Below are positions 39,095 through 50,045 of a DNA stretch of 64,000 bases, piece by piece. A program made the translations under genes and the position numbers. The DNA comes from Myxococcota bacterium. Its GTDB lineage: Bacteria > Myxococcota_A > UBA796 > CAJQPC01. Every line of letters begins with the position of its first letter. The first letter of the stretch is position 1. The notes under the pieces are model-generated. The model made no database searches, was not told the origin of the DNA, and saw only the letters and a program-made list of their open reading frames with translations. The stretch lies in NCBI GenBank assembly GCA_036229005.1, contig JAZAMN010000031.1, positions 128,001-192,000 of the forward strand, written 5' to 3'.

Positions 39095-40018
39095 ATGACT
39101 GGCTTGTTCTTGCTCCTGTCCGCCCTGACCGCCTGCGACACCACCGACGACCCCGTCTGCGACGTCGAGTCGAACGGGGACACCCACTGCAGCGGAACGC
39201 TGGTCGTGTCCTGCCACGCCGAAGAGGACATGGCCGGGCACTTCCACAGCACCGACTGCGGCGCGGACGGGTACACCTGCGTCGAGTTGGACGACAGCAC
39301 CGCGACCTGCGCGGACGAGACCGCGACCTGCACCGAGGGCGAGGCCACCTGCTCCGAGGACGGAGGCGCCTCCGGGAACTGCGTGGACGGGCTGTTGCAG
39401 ATCGCGCTCTGCGAGAGCGGCTCTCTGTGTGAGGTCGGGGACGACGGCTTCGCGAGCTGCGAGCGCACCTCCGCCGACGAGTGCGCCGGACACGGCCAGA
39501 TGACCGACGACGGGTGCGCCTGCGAGGACGGCTACACGCAGGAGGACGGGCACAGCGACAACTGCGTGATGGACCCGGAGGCCATGTGCGCGCTCTTCGC
39601 TGACACGGACCACATCCACCAGACCACCGCCGCTGAGATCGCGGGCTCCTCATCGGAGGGCACCGGGGCCTTCACCTCCGCGAGCCACGCCCCCACGATG
39701 GAGGTCGTCGAGGTCCAGCTCACGGCCGGCGCCCCCGGCTACGTCCACTTCCCCGTCGTCCTGGACGGCAGCTACGCGGTCATGCTGGACAGCGCGGATC
39801 GCTTCGGCGGCTTCCAGCACCGAGACGGCTCTGTGGTGGAGAGCAGCGCGCTCGGACCGGTCTCCGAGTGCTCAGCCCTGTTGCTGGAGCACCACCAGGG
39901 CGAAGGCTTCGAGAACGACGGGGACGAGAAGGTCCCCTACGTCCTGGAGCTGCAGGGCGGAGAGAGCGACGCCGCCGTCCGATTCCTGCTCGCGCACGTC
40001 CCCGACGCGCACCACTGA
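39095..40018 (+). CDS. Cys-rich lipoprotein with EGF-like motif, first gene of a metal-uptake operon
   Basis: GGAGG SD; LTAC lipobox; CAGHG..CACEDGY..C; His-His C-terminus. Confidence 0.75.
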   Translation: MTGLFLLLSALTACDTTDDPVCDVESNGDTHCSGTLVVSCHAEEDMAGHFHSTDCGADGYTCVELDDSTATCADETATCTEGEATCSEDGGASGNCVDGLLQIALCESGSLCEVGDDGFASCERTSADECAGHGQMTDDGCACEDGYTQEDGHSDNCVMDPEAMCALFADTDHIHQTTAAEIAGSSSEGTGAFTSASHAPTMEVVEVQLTAGAPGYVHFPVVLDGSYAVMLDSADRFGGFQHRDGSVVESSALGPVSECSALLLEHHQGEGFENDGDEKVPYVLELQGGESDAAVRFLLAHVPDAHH

Positions 40019-42487
40019 GTGATGGGACACCTCCGGATTCTGCTGCCCCTGGGGCTGGCTTGGTGGGCTCCGAGCCTGGCGCCAGGGGTGGCTCTGGAGC
40101 CCGCCCAGGTCCGAGAGGTCGACGAGCCCCTGGAGCCACAGGACCCCACCATCCAGGCACCAAGGCTCCTCCACACCGTCGCGCTGAGCTACCCAAGCGA
40201 GGCCCTGGAGAGCGGCCTCCACGGAGACGTGAGCCTGCTCGTGCGGGTGGGGACGGACGGCGCGGTCCTCTGGGTGTCCTTCGAGTCGGGGCCCCAGGTC
40301 TTCGAGGCCGCCGCGCTGGACGCCGCCCAGCGCCTTGAGTTCGCCCCGGCCCTCCGCGCCGGCGTCCCCTTCGAGGCCACCACCCGGATCTGGTTCCACT
40401 TCGCCCCCCCTGAGCTCGCGCCCAGCCCGGAGACCAGCGCGGTGGTGCTCGTCCACGCCGAAGACCCCGACCGGGAGTCCATCCAGGCCCAGACCACCCT
40501 GGACCAGCAGACGCTGGACAGCCGCAGCGGAGAGGGGCTGGCCGACACCATCGAACAGGTCCCTGGGGTCTACACCGCGCCGACCACCTCCGACACCGCC
40601 AAGCCCATCATCCGGGGCCACCAGGAGCGCCGCCTGCTCGTGCTCTACGACGGCGTCCGACACGAGAGCCAGAGCTGGGGCCCGGACCACGCCACGGAGA
40701 TCGACCCCTTCTCCGCGGGCAGCATCCGCGTCATCCGGGGGCCCGCCGGGACCCGCTACGGCGCAGACGCCATCGGCGGGGTGGTCCTGGTCGAGCCCCC
40801 AGTCCTCTCCACTCAGGTCGGCCTCCACGGGAAGGCGCTGGCTGCCTTCGAGACCAACGGCGCGCGCCCCTACGCCGCCCTGCGCCTGGACGGCGTCTCC
40901 GCGGCCCACCCCGACTGGTCCTTCCGCGTCGAAGGCAACGGCAGCTACGGCTCCAGCCTCAAGGCCCCCGACTACGTCTTGGGCAACACCGCCTCCCGGA
41001 GCTGGAACCTGGGCGGCGCCGTCGGGCGGCGGACGGAGCGGGGCGGGGTGGTCGCCTCCTGGCACCACAACGCGCTCAAGGCGGGGGCCTTCTACGGGGT
41101 CTCCACCGCCACCCCCGCCGAGTTCCTCCAGCAGTACGAGAACGGCCGCCCCGTCAACGCCGAGAGCTGGACCGCCGACCCGGAGATCGATCGGCCCTAC
41201 CAGCAGGTCAGCCACGACGTCGGGATCGTGAAGGCGGACCGCAGCGGCCCCTGGGGCAGCGTCGTGGGCCGCTACGCCTTCCAGCGCAACCACCGCCAGG
41301 AGTTCAGCACGGTCCGGACCACCGTCACCGGCCCCCAGTACGACTTCATCCTGCGCACGCACTCCCTGGACCTGCTGTACATGCCTGCGGCGCGGCCCCT
41401 GGGCGAGCACGAGCTGCAGAGCACGCTGGGCCTGCAGGGCAGCTTCCAGGAGAACGTCTACCGGGGCTACTCCCTGCTCCCCAACTACCGGGCCTTCGCC
41501 GGCGGGCTCTTCACCACGCAGCGGGTCACCCTGCGGCGGGTGGATCTGGAGGCCGGGGCCCGGATGGATGGGCTGTTCCGGGCCACCTACCTCTCGGAGG
41601 CCGACTACGGAAAGCACGAGCGCCGCGACACCCTCAGCACCAAGGTCTGCGAGCTCTACAGCTCAGGCGCCCGCTGCCCGGCCAGCTACCACGCCGCCTC
41701 CGCCTCCCTGGGCGCCCAACTCCACGTGGTGCCCCAGCTCCTGGATCTGAAGGGGGAGCTGTCCAGCACCGGGCGCTTCCCGGACGCCGACGAGCTCTTC
41801 CTGATCGGCGCCGCCCCCTCCTTCCCGGTGTTCGCCTTGGGCGCCCCGGATCTGGAGACCGAGCGCGCCTGGACCGCCACCCTGACCTCGACCCTGCTGC
41901 TGAGCTGGCTGCGGCTGGAGGTCAGCGGGTACGCCCAGCGCATCCAGGACTACATCTACTTCGCGCCGGATCTGAACGCCGACGGGGCGCCTCGCTACGA
42001 GGTCACCATCCAGGGCACCTGGCCCCGCTACGCCTACCAGGCCGTGGACGCCAACTTCCGGGGACTCGACGGCGCCTTCACGCTGCTCCCGGACCGGGCC
42101 CTCTCTCTGGAGGCCACCGGAGCGCTGGTCCGCACCGCCGACGCGAGCACCGGCGCGGGCCTCATCGGCACCCCGCCAGACAACCTCCGCCTCACCCTCG
42201 TCGGTCGTCCACCTCCTGTAGGCCCCTTCAAGGCCCCGGAGCTGGAGCTCGGCACCCTGCTGGTCGCAGAGCAGACCCGCGTCGACCCCTCCGCTGACTT
42301 CGCCCCACCCCCCGAGTCCTACGCGCTGTTGAACGCCGGACTCAGCGCGGAGGTGGGCCCCACCCGCGTGAGCGTCCAGGGCCGGAACCTCCTGGACACC
42401 GCCTACCGCGACTACACCAGCCTGCTTCGCTACTACGCCGACCAGCCGGGGCGTTCCGTCCACGTGCGGGTGGGCGTCGACTTCTGA
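40019..42487 (+). CDS. TonB-dependent receptor with N-terminal TonB-C-like domain
   Basis: YPSEALESGLHGDV..FAPA TonB-C-like segment; plug motifs KPIIRG, WGPDHATEIDP, YGADAIGGV; NLLDTAYRDY..PGRS; terminal Phe. Confidence 0.92.
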   Translation: MMGHLRILLPLGLAWWAPSLAPGVALEPAQVREVDEPLEPQDPTIQAPRLLHTVALSYPSEALESGLHGDVSLLVRVGTDGAVLWVSFESGPQVFEAAALDAAQRLEFAPALRAGVPFEATTRIWFHFAPPELAPSPETSAVVLVHAEDPDRESIQAQTTLDQQTLDSRSGEGLADTIEQVPGVYTAPTTSDTAKPIIRGHQERRLLVLYDGVRHESQSWGPDHATEIDPFSAGSIRVIRGPAGTRYGADAIGGVVLVEPPVLSTQVGLHGKALAAFETNGARPYAALRLDGVSAAHPDWSFRVEGNGSYGSSLKAPDYVLGNTASRSWNLGGAVGRRTERGGVVASWHHNALKAGAFYGVSTATPAEFLQQYENGRPVNAESWTADPEIDRPYQQVSHDVGIVKADRSGPWGSVVGRYAFQRNHRQEFSTVRTTVTGPQYDFILRTHSLDLLYMPAARPLGEHELQSTLGLQGSFQENVYRGYSLLPNYRAFAGGLFTTQRVTLRRVDLEAGARMDGLFRATYLSEADYGKHERRDTLSTKVCELYSSGARCPASYHAASASLGAQLHVVPQLLDLKGELSSTGRFPDADELFLIGAAPSFPVFALGAPDLETERAWTATLTSTLLLSWLRLEVSGYAQRIQDYIYFAPDLNADGAPRYEVTIQGTWPRYAYQAVDANFRGLDGAFTLLPDRALSLEATGALVRTADASTGAGLIGTPPDNLRLTLVGRPPPVGPFKAPELELGTLLVAEQTRVDPSADFAPPPESYALLNAGLSAEVGPTRVSVQGRNLLDTAYRDYTSLLRYYADQPGRSVHVRVGVDF

Positions 42488-42506
42488 ACCCCCAAAGGAG
42501 ACCCCC

Positions 42507-43151
42507 ATGAAGACCCTCAAGCGCCTCGCTCCCCTGACCCTGCTCGCCCTCTTCGGAGCGGCCTGCTCCGACGTCGAGGACCACGACGACGGCCACGGCC
42601 ACGACCACGGTCAGATCACCACCATGGTGCTCAACTTCACCCCCACGGACGGCGGAGAGACCCTCAGCTTCACCTGGGCCGACCCGGAGGCCGACGGCTC
42701 GCCCGTCGCCGACGACATCCTCCTGCCCGACGGCTCGGACCACGACCACCACGACGCCCAGAGCTACACCCTGGACATCGTGCTCTACAACGAGCTCGAG
42801 GACCCGATGGAGGACGTCACCCCCGAGATCGAGGAGCTCCCCGATGAGCACCAGTTCTTCTTCACCGGCTCCGCGGTCGAGAGCGACGCCACCGGCGCCA
42901 ACGCCGACGCCATCATCAGCCATGAGTACGGCGACCAGGACCCCGAAGGCCTGCCCATCGGCTTGACCAACAGCGTCGACACCCTGGCCTGGGGCAGCGG
43001 CGAGCTCATCGTGACCCTGCGCCACATGGCCTACGAAGAGGACGCGCCCACCAAGACCGAGGGCCTCGCCGAGGACGTCGCGGCCGGCGGCTTCGCCTCC
43101 ATCCCGGGCGACAACGACATCCAGGCCACCTTCAACATCGAGGTCGAGTAG
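42507..43151 (+). CDS. His/Asp-rich lipoprotein associated with the TonB receptor, probable metal binder
   Basis: AAGGAG SD; lipobox GAAC; DHDDGHGHDHG, DHDHHD, EHQFFF and TLRH. Confidence 0.8.
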   Translation: MKTLKRLAPLTLLALFGAACSDVEDHDDGHGHDHGQITTMVLNFTPTDGGETLSFTWADPEADGSPVADDILLPDGSDHDHHDAQSYTLDIVLYNELEDPMEDVTPEIEELPDEHQFFFTGSAVESDATGANADAIISHEYGDQDPEGLPIGLTNSVDTLAWGSGELIVTLRHMAYEEDAPTKTEGLAEDVAAGGFASIPGDNDIQATFNIEVE

Positions 43152-43252
43152 GCCAGCGCCGCCGCTGCCTGCGCCAGATGCGGGCGGCGGCGCCCCCTGT
43201 GTGGATCCGCCCCCATTCAGGCGCTACACTCCCCCTCAAACCGGGGGTTCTC

Positions 43253-43720
43253 ATGTCCACCATCCTGCTCGCCGCCAGCCTCGCCCAAGCCGCCGACAGC
43301 TCCGGGCTACAGGTCGCTGCCGTCGCATTCGGAGGCGCTGCGGTCGGGACCGGCGTCGGCTTCGCCACCGGAGGCGCCCTCCAGATGGCCACCTGCCAGT
43401 CCGCCTGCACGTGGAGCTTCGTGGACGGCGGCCTCAAGGGCATGGCCATCGGCTACCCCGTGGGCGCCCTGCTCGCCGGGGGCGCCGCCGCCTGGACCTG
43501 GGGCCTGGACACCCCCCGCGCCATGCTGGTCGGCGGCCTGGTCTCCGTGTTCACCTTCGGCATGATGCCCCTGGTCGTCGAGCAGGGCTTCGCCGCCCCC
43601 TTGCTGGCCGTCGGCGCGATCGCCGTGCCTGCCTCCATCGGCCTGGCCGCCACCGACTGGGGCCTGACCCCCAGCTTCTCCGCCGCGGGCACCGGCCTCA
43701 CCCTCAGCCGCCGCTTCTGA
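43253..43720 (+). CDS. Hypothetical Gly/Ala-rich membrane protein
   Basis: Hydrophobic segments; C-terminal GLTLSRRF. Confidence 0.6.
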   Translation: MSTILLAASLAQAADSSGLQVAAVAFGGAAVGTGVGFATGGALQMATCQSACTWSFVDGGLKGMAIGYPVGALLAGGAAAWTWGLDTPRAMLVGGLVSVFTFGMMPLVVEQGFAAPLLAVGAIAVPASIGLAATDWGLTPSFSAAGTGLTLSRRF

Positions 43721-43737
43721 GCGCCACCGGAGTCGCC

Positions 43738-44409
43738 ATGCTCGCCCTGACCCTCTTGGGCTGCACCCACAGCGCCGCCGTCAACACCGCCCCGGTGCGC
43801 TTCGCGATGGTCGACCTCTTCCCGACCCAGGGCCGGCTGACCGCCAGCTTCCACTTCCTGCACCGCACCCGCTGCCAGAACATCACCGGCCTGGAGGAGG
43901 CCGACCTGGAGGGCTTCGCGCCGGTGTCCGTCAGTGAGGGCGGCCACACCAATCCCCTGGACCCCGACAGCTGCGAAGAGCAGGCCCAGGTCGCGTTCGA
44001 GGGCCTGGAGGCGCTGGCCGACCAGGAGTGGATCACCCTCACCCTCCCCGGCTTCCTGGGCGAGGAGCGCATCGACATCGGCGGGTACCCTCTGGCGCCG
44101 CGGGCCCTCCAGCCCAACACCCCCGTCCTGGACGACCACGGCGTGGAGTACCGCTGGCTCTTCCAGGGGGACACCCCCACCGACCGGGCCGTGATGGAGG
44201 TGCAGATGCTGGACTACACCGCCACCTTCCCTCTCCGGCAGGAAGACGACCGGCTCTACTTCGACGGCGAGATCTTCATCGTCGATCTCCCGGACGGGGC
44301 GGACGTGGACGCCGAAGCCCGCCTGGTCAACGCCTACGAGACCCCCGTCACCTGCACCCTGCCCAAGTGCCAGGCCGCGAACGTCAACTTCGTCGACCTG
44401 AACCCTTGA
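43738..44409 (+). CDS. Hypothetical lipoprotein
   Basis: GGAG SD; MLALTLLGC. Confidence 0.65.
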   Translation: MLALTLLGCTHSAAVNTAPVRFAMVDLFPTQGRLTASFHFLHRTRCQNITGLEEADLEGFAPVSVSEGGHTNPLDPDSCEEQAQVAFEGLEALADQEWITLTLPGFLGEERIDIGGYPLAPRALQPNTPVLDDHGVEYRWLFQGDTPTDRAVMEVQMLDYTATFPLRQEDDRLYFDGEIFIVDLPDGADVDAEARLVNAYETPVTCTLPKCQAANVNFVDLNP

Positions 44410-44419
44410 GCGGGGGCCC

Positions 44420-45763
<1,344 letters not shown>

Positions 45764-47155
45764 TCAGGAACCCTGGAGGTAGTGGGGGCCCGCCGACTCG
45801 AAGCTGTGGCGGTCCCGCTTGGAGATGGTGTAGCGGCCGGCGAAGTCGGCCATGCGCTCGGAGGTCGCGGGATCGCGCTCCAGCAGGTGGGCGATGTCGT
45901 AGGCCAGCTCGATGGGGCCTTGGGCGGGAACGCGCGTGCCCTTGGGGAGCACCACCCGCCCGGCCTCGGACCAGAAGGGGAAGCGCTGCCGGTCGGCCAC
46001 CAGGTCGTGGCCCACCTGCGCGCCGGCCTCGAAGCTGCAGTTCTTGTCGCAGAGCACGCCCTTGAGGGACACGCCCTCGCCCACGTCGCAGCCCGACAGC
46101 AGGATGCTCTGCTCGATCCGGGCGCCGCTGTGCACAAAGCAGTCGTAGCCCAGCATCACCTCGACCAGGGTGGCGCCCTGGACGATGCTGCCCTCGCAGA
46201 CCAGGGAGTCCACGACCTCGCAGGGCCGGTCTCCGGCGCGCACGAAGCGGGCGGGGGGGTGGTCGCGCTGGGCGGTGCGGATGGCCCACTCGCGGTTGTA
46301 GAGGTTCAGCGCCGGCATGGGGGAGCGCAGCTCCATGTTCGCCTCGAAGTAGGCGTCCAGGGTCCCCACGTCCTTCCAGTACACCGGCGCGCCCATGGGC
46401 TCCCCGGGCACCCGGTTGGTGGCGAAGTCGTAGGCGAACAGCTCCATCCCCTGCTGCAGCATCCAGGGGATGACGTCCTTGCCGAAGTCGTGGCTGGAGC
46501 CGCTGCGCTCGTTGTCGATGTCCAGGGCCCGCTGCATGGAGCGCGCCTTGAAGAAGTAGTTGCCCATCGACACAAGGCAGCGCTCGGGGTCGCCGGGCAG
46601 CGGCGCGGGATCCGCGGGCTTCTCCTGGAAGCCGACGATGCGGCCGGCCTCGTCCACCTGGATCACCCCAAAGGTGTTCGCCGCCACGCTGCGCAGCACG
46701 GGGATCGCCGCGATGGTCAGGTCCGCGCCCTTGGCCCGGTGGAAGTCCTCCATCTGGTCCAGGGCGAACTTGTAGACGTGGTCGCCGCCCAGCACCGCGA
46801 CGTGCTCGCAGCGGGCGTCCCAGACCAGGTTCATGTTCTGGAGGATCGCGTCGGCCGTGCCGCGGTACCAGTGCTCGCCCATGCGCATCTGCGCGGGGAC
46901 CACCTCGATGAACTCACCGGGGGTGGACAGGTGCCACTGGCGGTTCAGGTGCCGGATCAGCGAGCTGGCCATGTACTGCGTGAGCACGTGCACCTGGCGG
47001 TAGCCGGAGTGGATCACGTTGCTGAGCACAAAGTCGATGATCCGGTACCGCCCCCCGAAGGGGGTGGCCGGCTTGGCGCGGTGAACGGTCAGGGGGCCCA
47101 GGCGACTGCCCTTGCCCCCGGCCAGGATCATCACCAGGCTGTCTCGCGATGCCAT
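45764..47155 (-). CDS. glgC: Glucose-1-phosphate adenylyltransferase
   Basis: LAGGKGSRLGPLT..RAKPA, WYRGTADA, GDHVYK, HDFGKDVIP, YWKDVGT; GGAGG SD before ATG 47155. Confidence 0.96.
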   Translation of the reverse strand: MASRDSLVMILAGGKGSRLGPLTVHRAKPATPFGGRYRIIDFVLSNVIHSGYRQVHVLTQYMASSLIRHLNRQWHLSTPGEFIEVVPAQMRMGEHWYRGTADAILQNMNLVWDARCEHVAVLGGDHVYKFALDQMEDFHRAKGADLTIAAIPVLRSVAANTFGVIQVDEAGRIVGFQEKPADPAPLPGDPERCLVSMGNYFFKARSMQRALDIDNERSGSSHDFGKDVIPWMLQQGMELFAYDFATNRVPGEPMGAPVYWKDVGTLDAYFEANMELRSPMPALNLYNREWAIRTAQRDHPPARFVRAGDRPCEVVDSLVCEGSIVQGATLVEVMLGYDCFVHSGARIEQSILLSGCDVGEGVSLKGVLCDKNCSFEAGAQVGHDLVADRQRFPFWSEAGRVVLPKGTRVPAQGPIELAYDIAHLLERDPATSERMADFAGRYTISKRDRHSFESAGPHYLQGS

Positions 47156-47280
47156 CAGGGCCTCCATCGGTGAAGCTGCCTAATGACTGGACCGGTGTCT
47201 GCGACCTCAAGTCACAGGATGTCCGCGCGAATGGATCGCGGGGGCCGCAAAGCCCCCCGATGCGGCCCCGGGAGCGGGCC

Positions 47281-47646
47281 CTACTCGGCGCCGATCTTCA
47301 CGTCGATGTTCACCGACCCGCGGGTATCCGAGGGCTGACCGGGCATCGGAGCGACCAGCTCATCGCGGATGCAGCGCACCACCGCGCGGCTCTCCAGCTT
47401 GGTGGGCTCGATCAGGGTGACGGTGTTCTGCTCGGGCCCAAAGCGCACGTTGAAGGTCAGGAGATCGAACTCGCTCTCGGAGTACTTCTCGGCGCAGAAG
47501 GCGGTCTTGGCCTTGACGTGCTTCTCGACGGAGGGCGCGGCGAGGCCGGGCGCGTAGGCCATCCAGGCGGTGATGGTGGCGCTGACTTGGGCTTCCTCGC
47601 CGGCGCCGGCCGGGCTGGCAAACAGCAGGGGGATCAGGCTGAACAT
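47281..47646 (-). CDS. Hypothetical secreted protein, possibly TonB-C/AgmX-C-like fold
   Basis: Signal MFSLIPLLFASPAGA; paired Cys (AFCAE, VVRCI). Confidence 0.55.
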   Translation of the reverse strand: MFSLIPLLFASPAGAGEEAQVSATITAWMAYAPGLAAPSVEKHVKAKTAFCAEKYSESEFDLLTFNVRFGPEQNTVTLIEPTKLESRAVVRCIRDELVAPMPGQPSDTRGSVNIDVKIGAE

Positions 47647-47792
47647 GGGAACAATCCTCGGACGGAAGTGGGACAGCGGGGTGCTCCGCTGGCGGCATCC
47701 GAACGCGGCGCCCGGCCCGGCGCTTACAGCGCAGCAGGGACTTCCACGACTCGGTGCCAAGAGTCAAGCACCAATAACCCTTTCTGCATTCC

Positions 47793-47820
47793 GGAACCTT
47801 TTGGTCCGTACAGGGTCATA
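47793..47820 (+). promoter_or_regulatory. Putative RpoE-like ECF promoter
   Basis: GGAACCT-N16-TCATA upstream of the Sel1-repeat gene. Confidence 0.5.
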
Positions 47821-47856
47821 GGACCACAGCGGTCTGGGGTGGGGCAGGAGGGCCAG

Positions 47857-49167
47857 ATGCAGCACAGAACCGGCACCAGAGCGACCCTCGCGGCTTCACT
47901 TGGCGCGCTCACGATCCTGGCCGGGGCGATCACCGGCGCCGCCCGCGCCACCGAGATCCCCAGCGCCGACCCCCTGCTCTCGGGCCTGGCCTTCTCCTTC
48001 GGTCACGGCGGCATGGCCCGCGACTACGCCCGCGGCAAGGAGCTCTTGGAGCAGGCCTGCCTGGACGGCGAGTCCCTGGCCTGTGGGAGCTGGCAGTGGC
48101 GCGATCCCGCGGGCCCCTCCACCCAGGCAGTGGTCGCCCACTTCGAGCCCGCCTGCCTGGAGGGAGCCCCCGTCGCCTGCCTCCCCGCCGCGTGGGCCCT
48201 GCTGGATCCCAGCGTCGGCGCCCCCCAGCCCGACCGCGCCAAGGCCTTGCTCGAGCGCGCCTGCGAAGGTGGCCTGCCCCAAGGCTGCACCGAGCTCGCC
48301 TTGGCTGGCCTCTCCGAGCAGGTCCAGGTGGAGGAGGCGCAGTCCTGGGCCCTCTTGGAGTCCGCCTGCACCGCTCAGGACGGAGCGGCCTGCGCCACCC
48401 TCGCTGAACACCGCCCCGCCGACGAGGCCATGCTGCTCGCCCAAACCGCCTGCGCTTTGGAGTCCTCTCGGGGCTGCGCCGTGCTGGCCGAGCTCCAGCT
48501 CGGCGCCCAGCAGATCGAGCAGGGTCTGGCCCTCCACCAGGCCGCCTGCGAGGCCGGCTACCTGGGCTCCTGCCAGGCCCTCGGCGAGCGCTACCGCCGC
48601 GGCCAGGACGTCAAGCAGAGCCCCAAGACCGCCCTGCGCCTCTTCGAGAGCGGCTGCCGCGGCGGCCTGGCTGACGCCTGCGAAGAGGCCGGCGAGATGC
48701 TGCTGGCCGGCGCCCAGGTCCCCCCGGATCCCCAGGCCGGCTGGGCCTACATCCACCAGGGCTGCCTGCTGGGTGACCAGGCCCTCTGCCACGCCGTCAT
48801 CGAAGACGCCCGCCCCCAGGACCTCAGCGGGCCCGCCCTGCTCCAGGTCGGCCAGCGCCTCACCCAGGACTGCTCCGAGGGCGACGACGCCGCCTGCGGC
48901 ACCCTGGGCCTGGCCACCGTGTTCGGCGCCGGCGTCCACCAGGACATCGCCTGGGGCCTGCAGATCATGGCCCGAAGCTGCGCCGCCGGAGACCCCATCT
49001 CCTGCTATGACCTCGCGCGCTTGGAAGACCAGGGCGTGCTGGATCGGGAGAACCCCCGCGCCGCGCGCGTCTGGTACGGGCGAGCCTGCACTTTGGGCCA
49101 CGCCCCCTCCTGCGCAGCTCTGCCCCGTCGCCTGCGCCCCGTGGCGGACACCGCCCGATTGGAATAG
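47857..49167 (+). CDS. Sel1-like/HcpB-type Cys-rich repeat exported protein
   Basis: AGGAGG SD; signal peptide; repeated ACxxGxxxAC..LG motifs. Confidence 0.88.
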   Translation: MQHRTGTRATLAASLGALTILAGAITGAARATEIPSADPLLSGLAFSFGHGGMARDYARGKELLEQACLDGESLACGSWQWRDPAGPSTQAVVAHFEPACLEGAPVACLPAAWALLDPSVGAPQPDRAKALLERACEGGLPQGCTELALAGLSEQVQVEEAQSWALLESACTAQDGAACATLAEHRPADEAMLLAQTACALESSRGCAVLAELQLGAQQIEQGLALHQAACEAGYLGSCQALGERYRRGQDVKQSPKTALRLFESGCRGGLADACEEAGEMLLAGAQVPPDPQAGWAYIHQGCLLGDQALCHAVIEDARPQDLSGPALLQVGQRLTQDCSEGDDAACGTLGLATVFGAGVHQDIAWGLQIMARSCAAGDPISCYDLARLEDQGVLDRENPRAARVWYGRACTLGHAPSCAALPRRLRPVADTARLE

Positions 49168-49185
49168 TTCCGCACTCCGCTCGGA

Positions 49186-50040
49186 GTGAACGTGCCCGTC
49201 AAGATCCACACGGCCAATGAGATCGAGGCCATGCGCCGCGTCGGCAAGCTCGCCGGCGACCTGCTCTACGCCGTCGGCGAGATGATCAAGCCTGGCGTCA
49301 GCACCAACGAGATCGACGCTCTGGTCCACAAGCTCACCACCGAGCGCCACGGCATCAGCGCGCCCCTCAACTACGGCGGCGGCGGCGCTCGCCCCCCCTT
49401 CCCCGGCCACTGCTGCACCAGCGTGAACGAGGTCGTCTGCCACGGCATCCCCGACGACCGCGTCCTGGTCGACGGCGACATCGTCAACGTGGACGTCACC
49501 CCCATCCTCCCCAAGAAGCGCGGCTGGCACGGCGACACCAGCATCACCTACTACGTGGGTGAGCCCTCCGCGGCCGCCCGCAAGGTGGTCGAGATCGCCC
49601 GCGAGGCCCTGGAGATCGGCCTCCAGCAGGTGCGCCCCGGCGCCTACACCGGCGACATCGGCGCGGCCATCCAGGAGTTCGTCGAGGCTCAGGGCTGCAC
49701 CGTCGTCCGCGACTACACCGGCCACGGCGTCGGCCAGGTCTTCCACACCGCCCCCACCATCCACCACTACGGGCGGCGCGGGACCGGCGTGAAGCTCAAG
49801 CGCGGCATGATCTTCACCGTCGAGCCCATGGTGAACCTGGGCGGCTACGAGGTCGACCACCTGGACGACCACTGGACCGTCGTCACCGCGGACGGCGCGC
49901 TCACCGCCCAGTTCGAGCACACCGTGGTCGTCACCAAGCGCGGGGTCGAGATCCTCACCAAGCGCCCCGGCCTGGTCAAGAACAGCGAGGACAAGCCCTG
50001 GTCCAAGCTCGGCGCCCTCTCGACCTACCCCTTCGAGTAG
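49186..50040 (+). CDS. map: Methionine aminopeptidase type I
   Basis: CTSVNEVVCHGIP, DIVNVDVT, HGDTS, GHGVG..FH, FTVEPMVN, AQFEHT. Confidence 0.96.
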   Translation: MNVPVKIHTANEIEAMRRVGKLAGDLLYAVGEMIKPGVSTNEIDALVHKLTTERHGISAPLNYGGGGARPPFPGHCCTSVNEVVCHGIPDDRVLVDGDIVNVDVTPILPKKRGWHGDTSITYYVGEPSAAARKVVEIAREALEIGLQQVRPGAYTGDIGAAIQEFVEAQGCTVVRDYTGHGVGQVFHTAPTIHHYGRRGTGVKLKRGMIFTVEPMVNLGGYEVDHLDDHWTVVTADGALTAQFEHTVVVTKRGVEILTKRPGLVKNSEDKPWSKLGALSTYPFE

Positions 50041-50045
50041 GGGCC

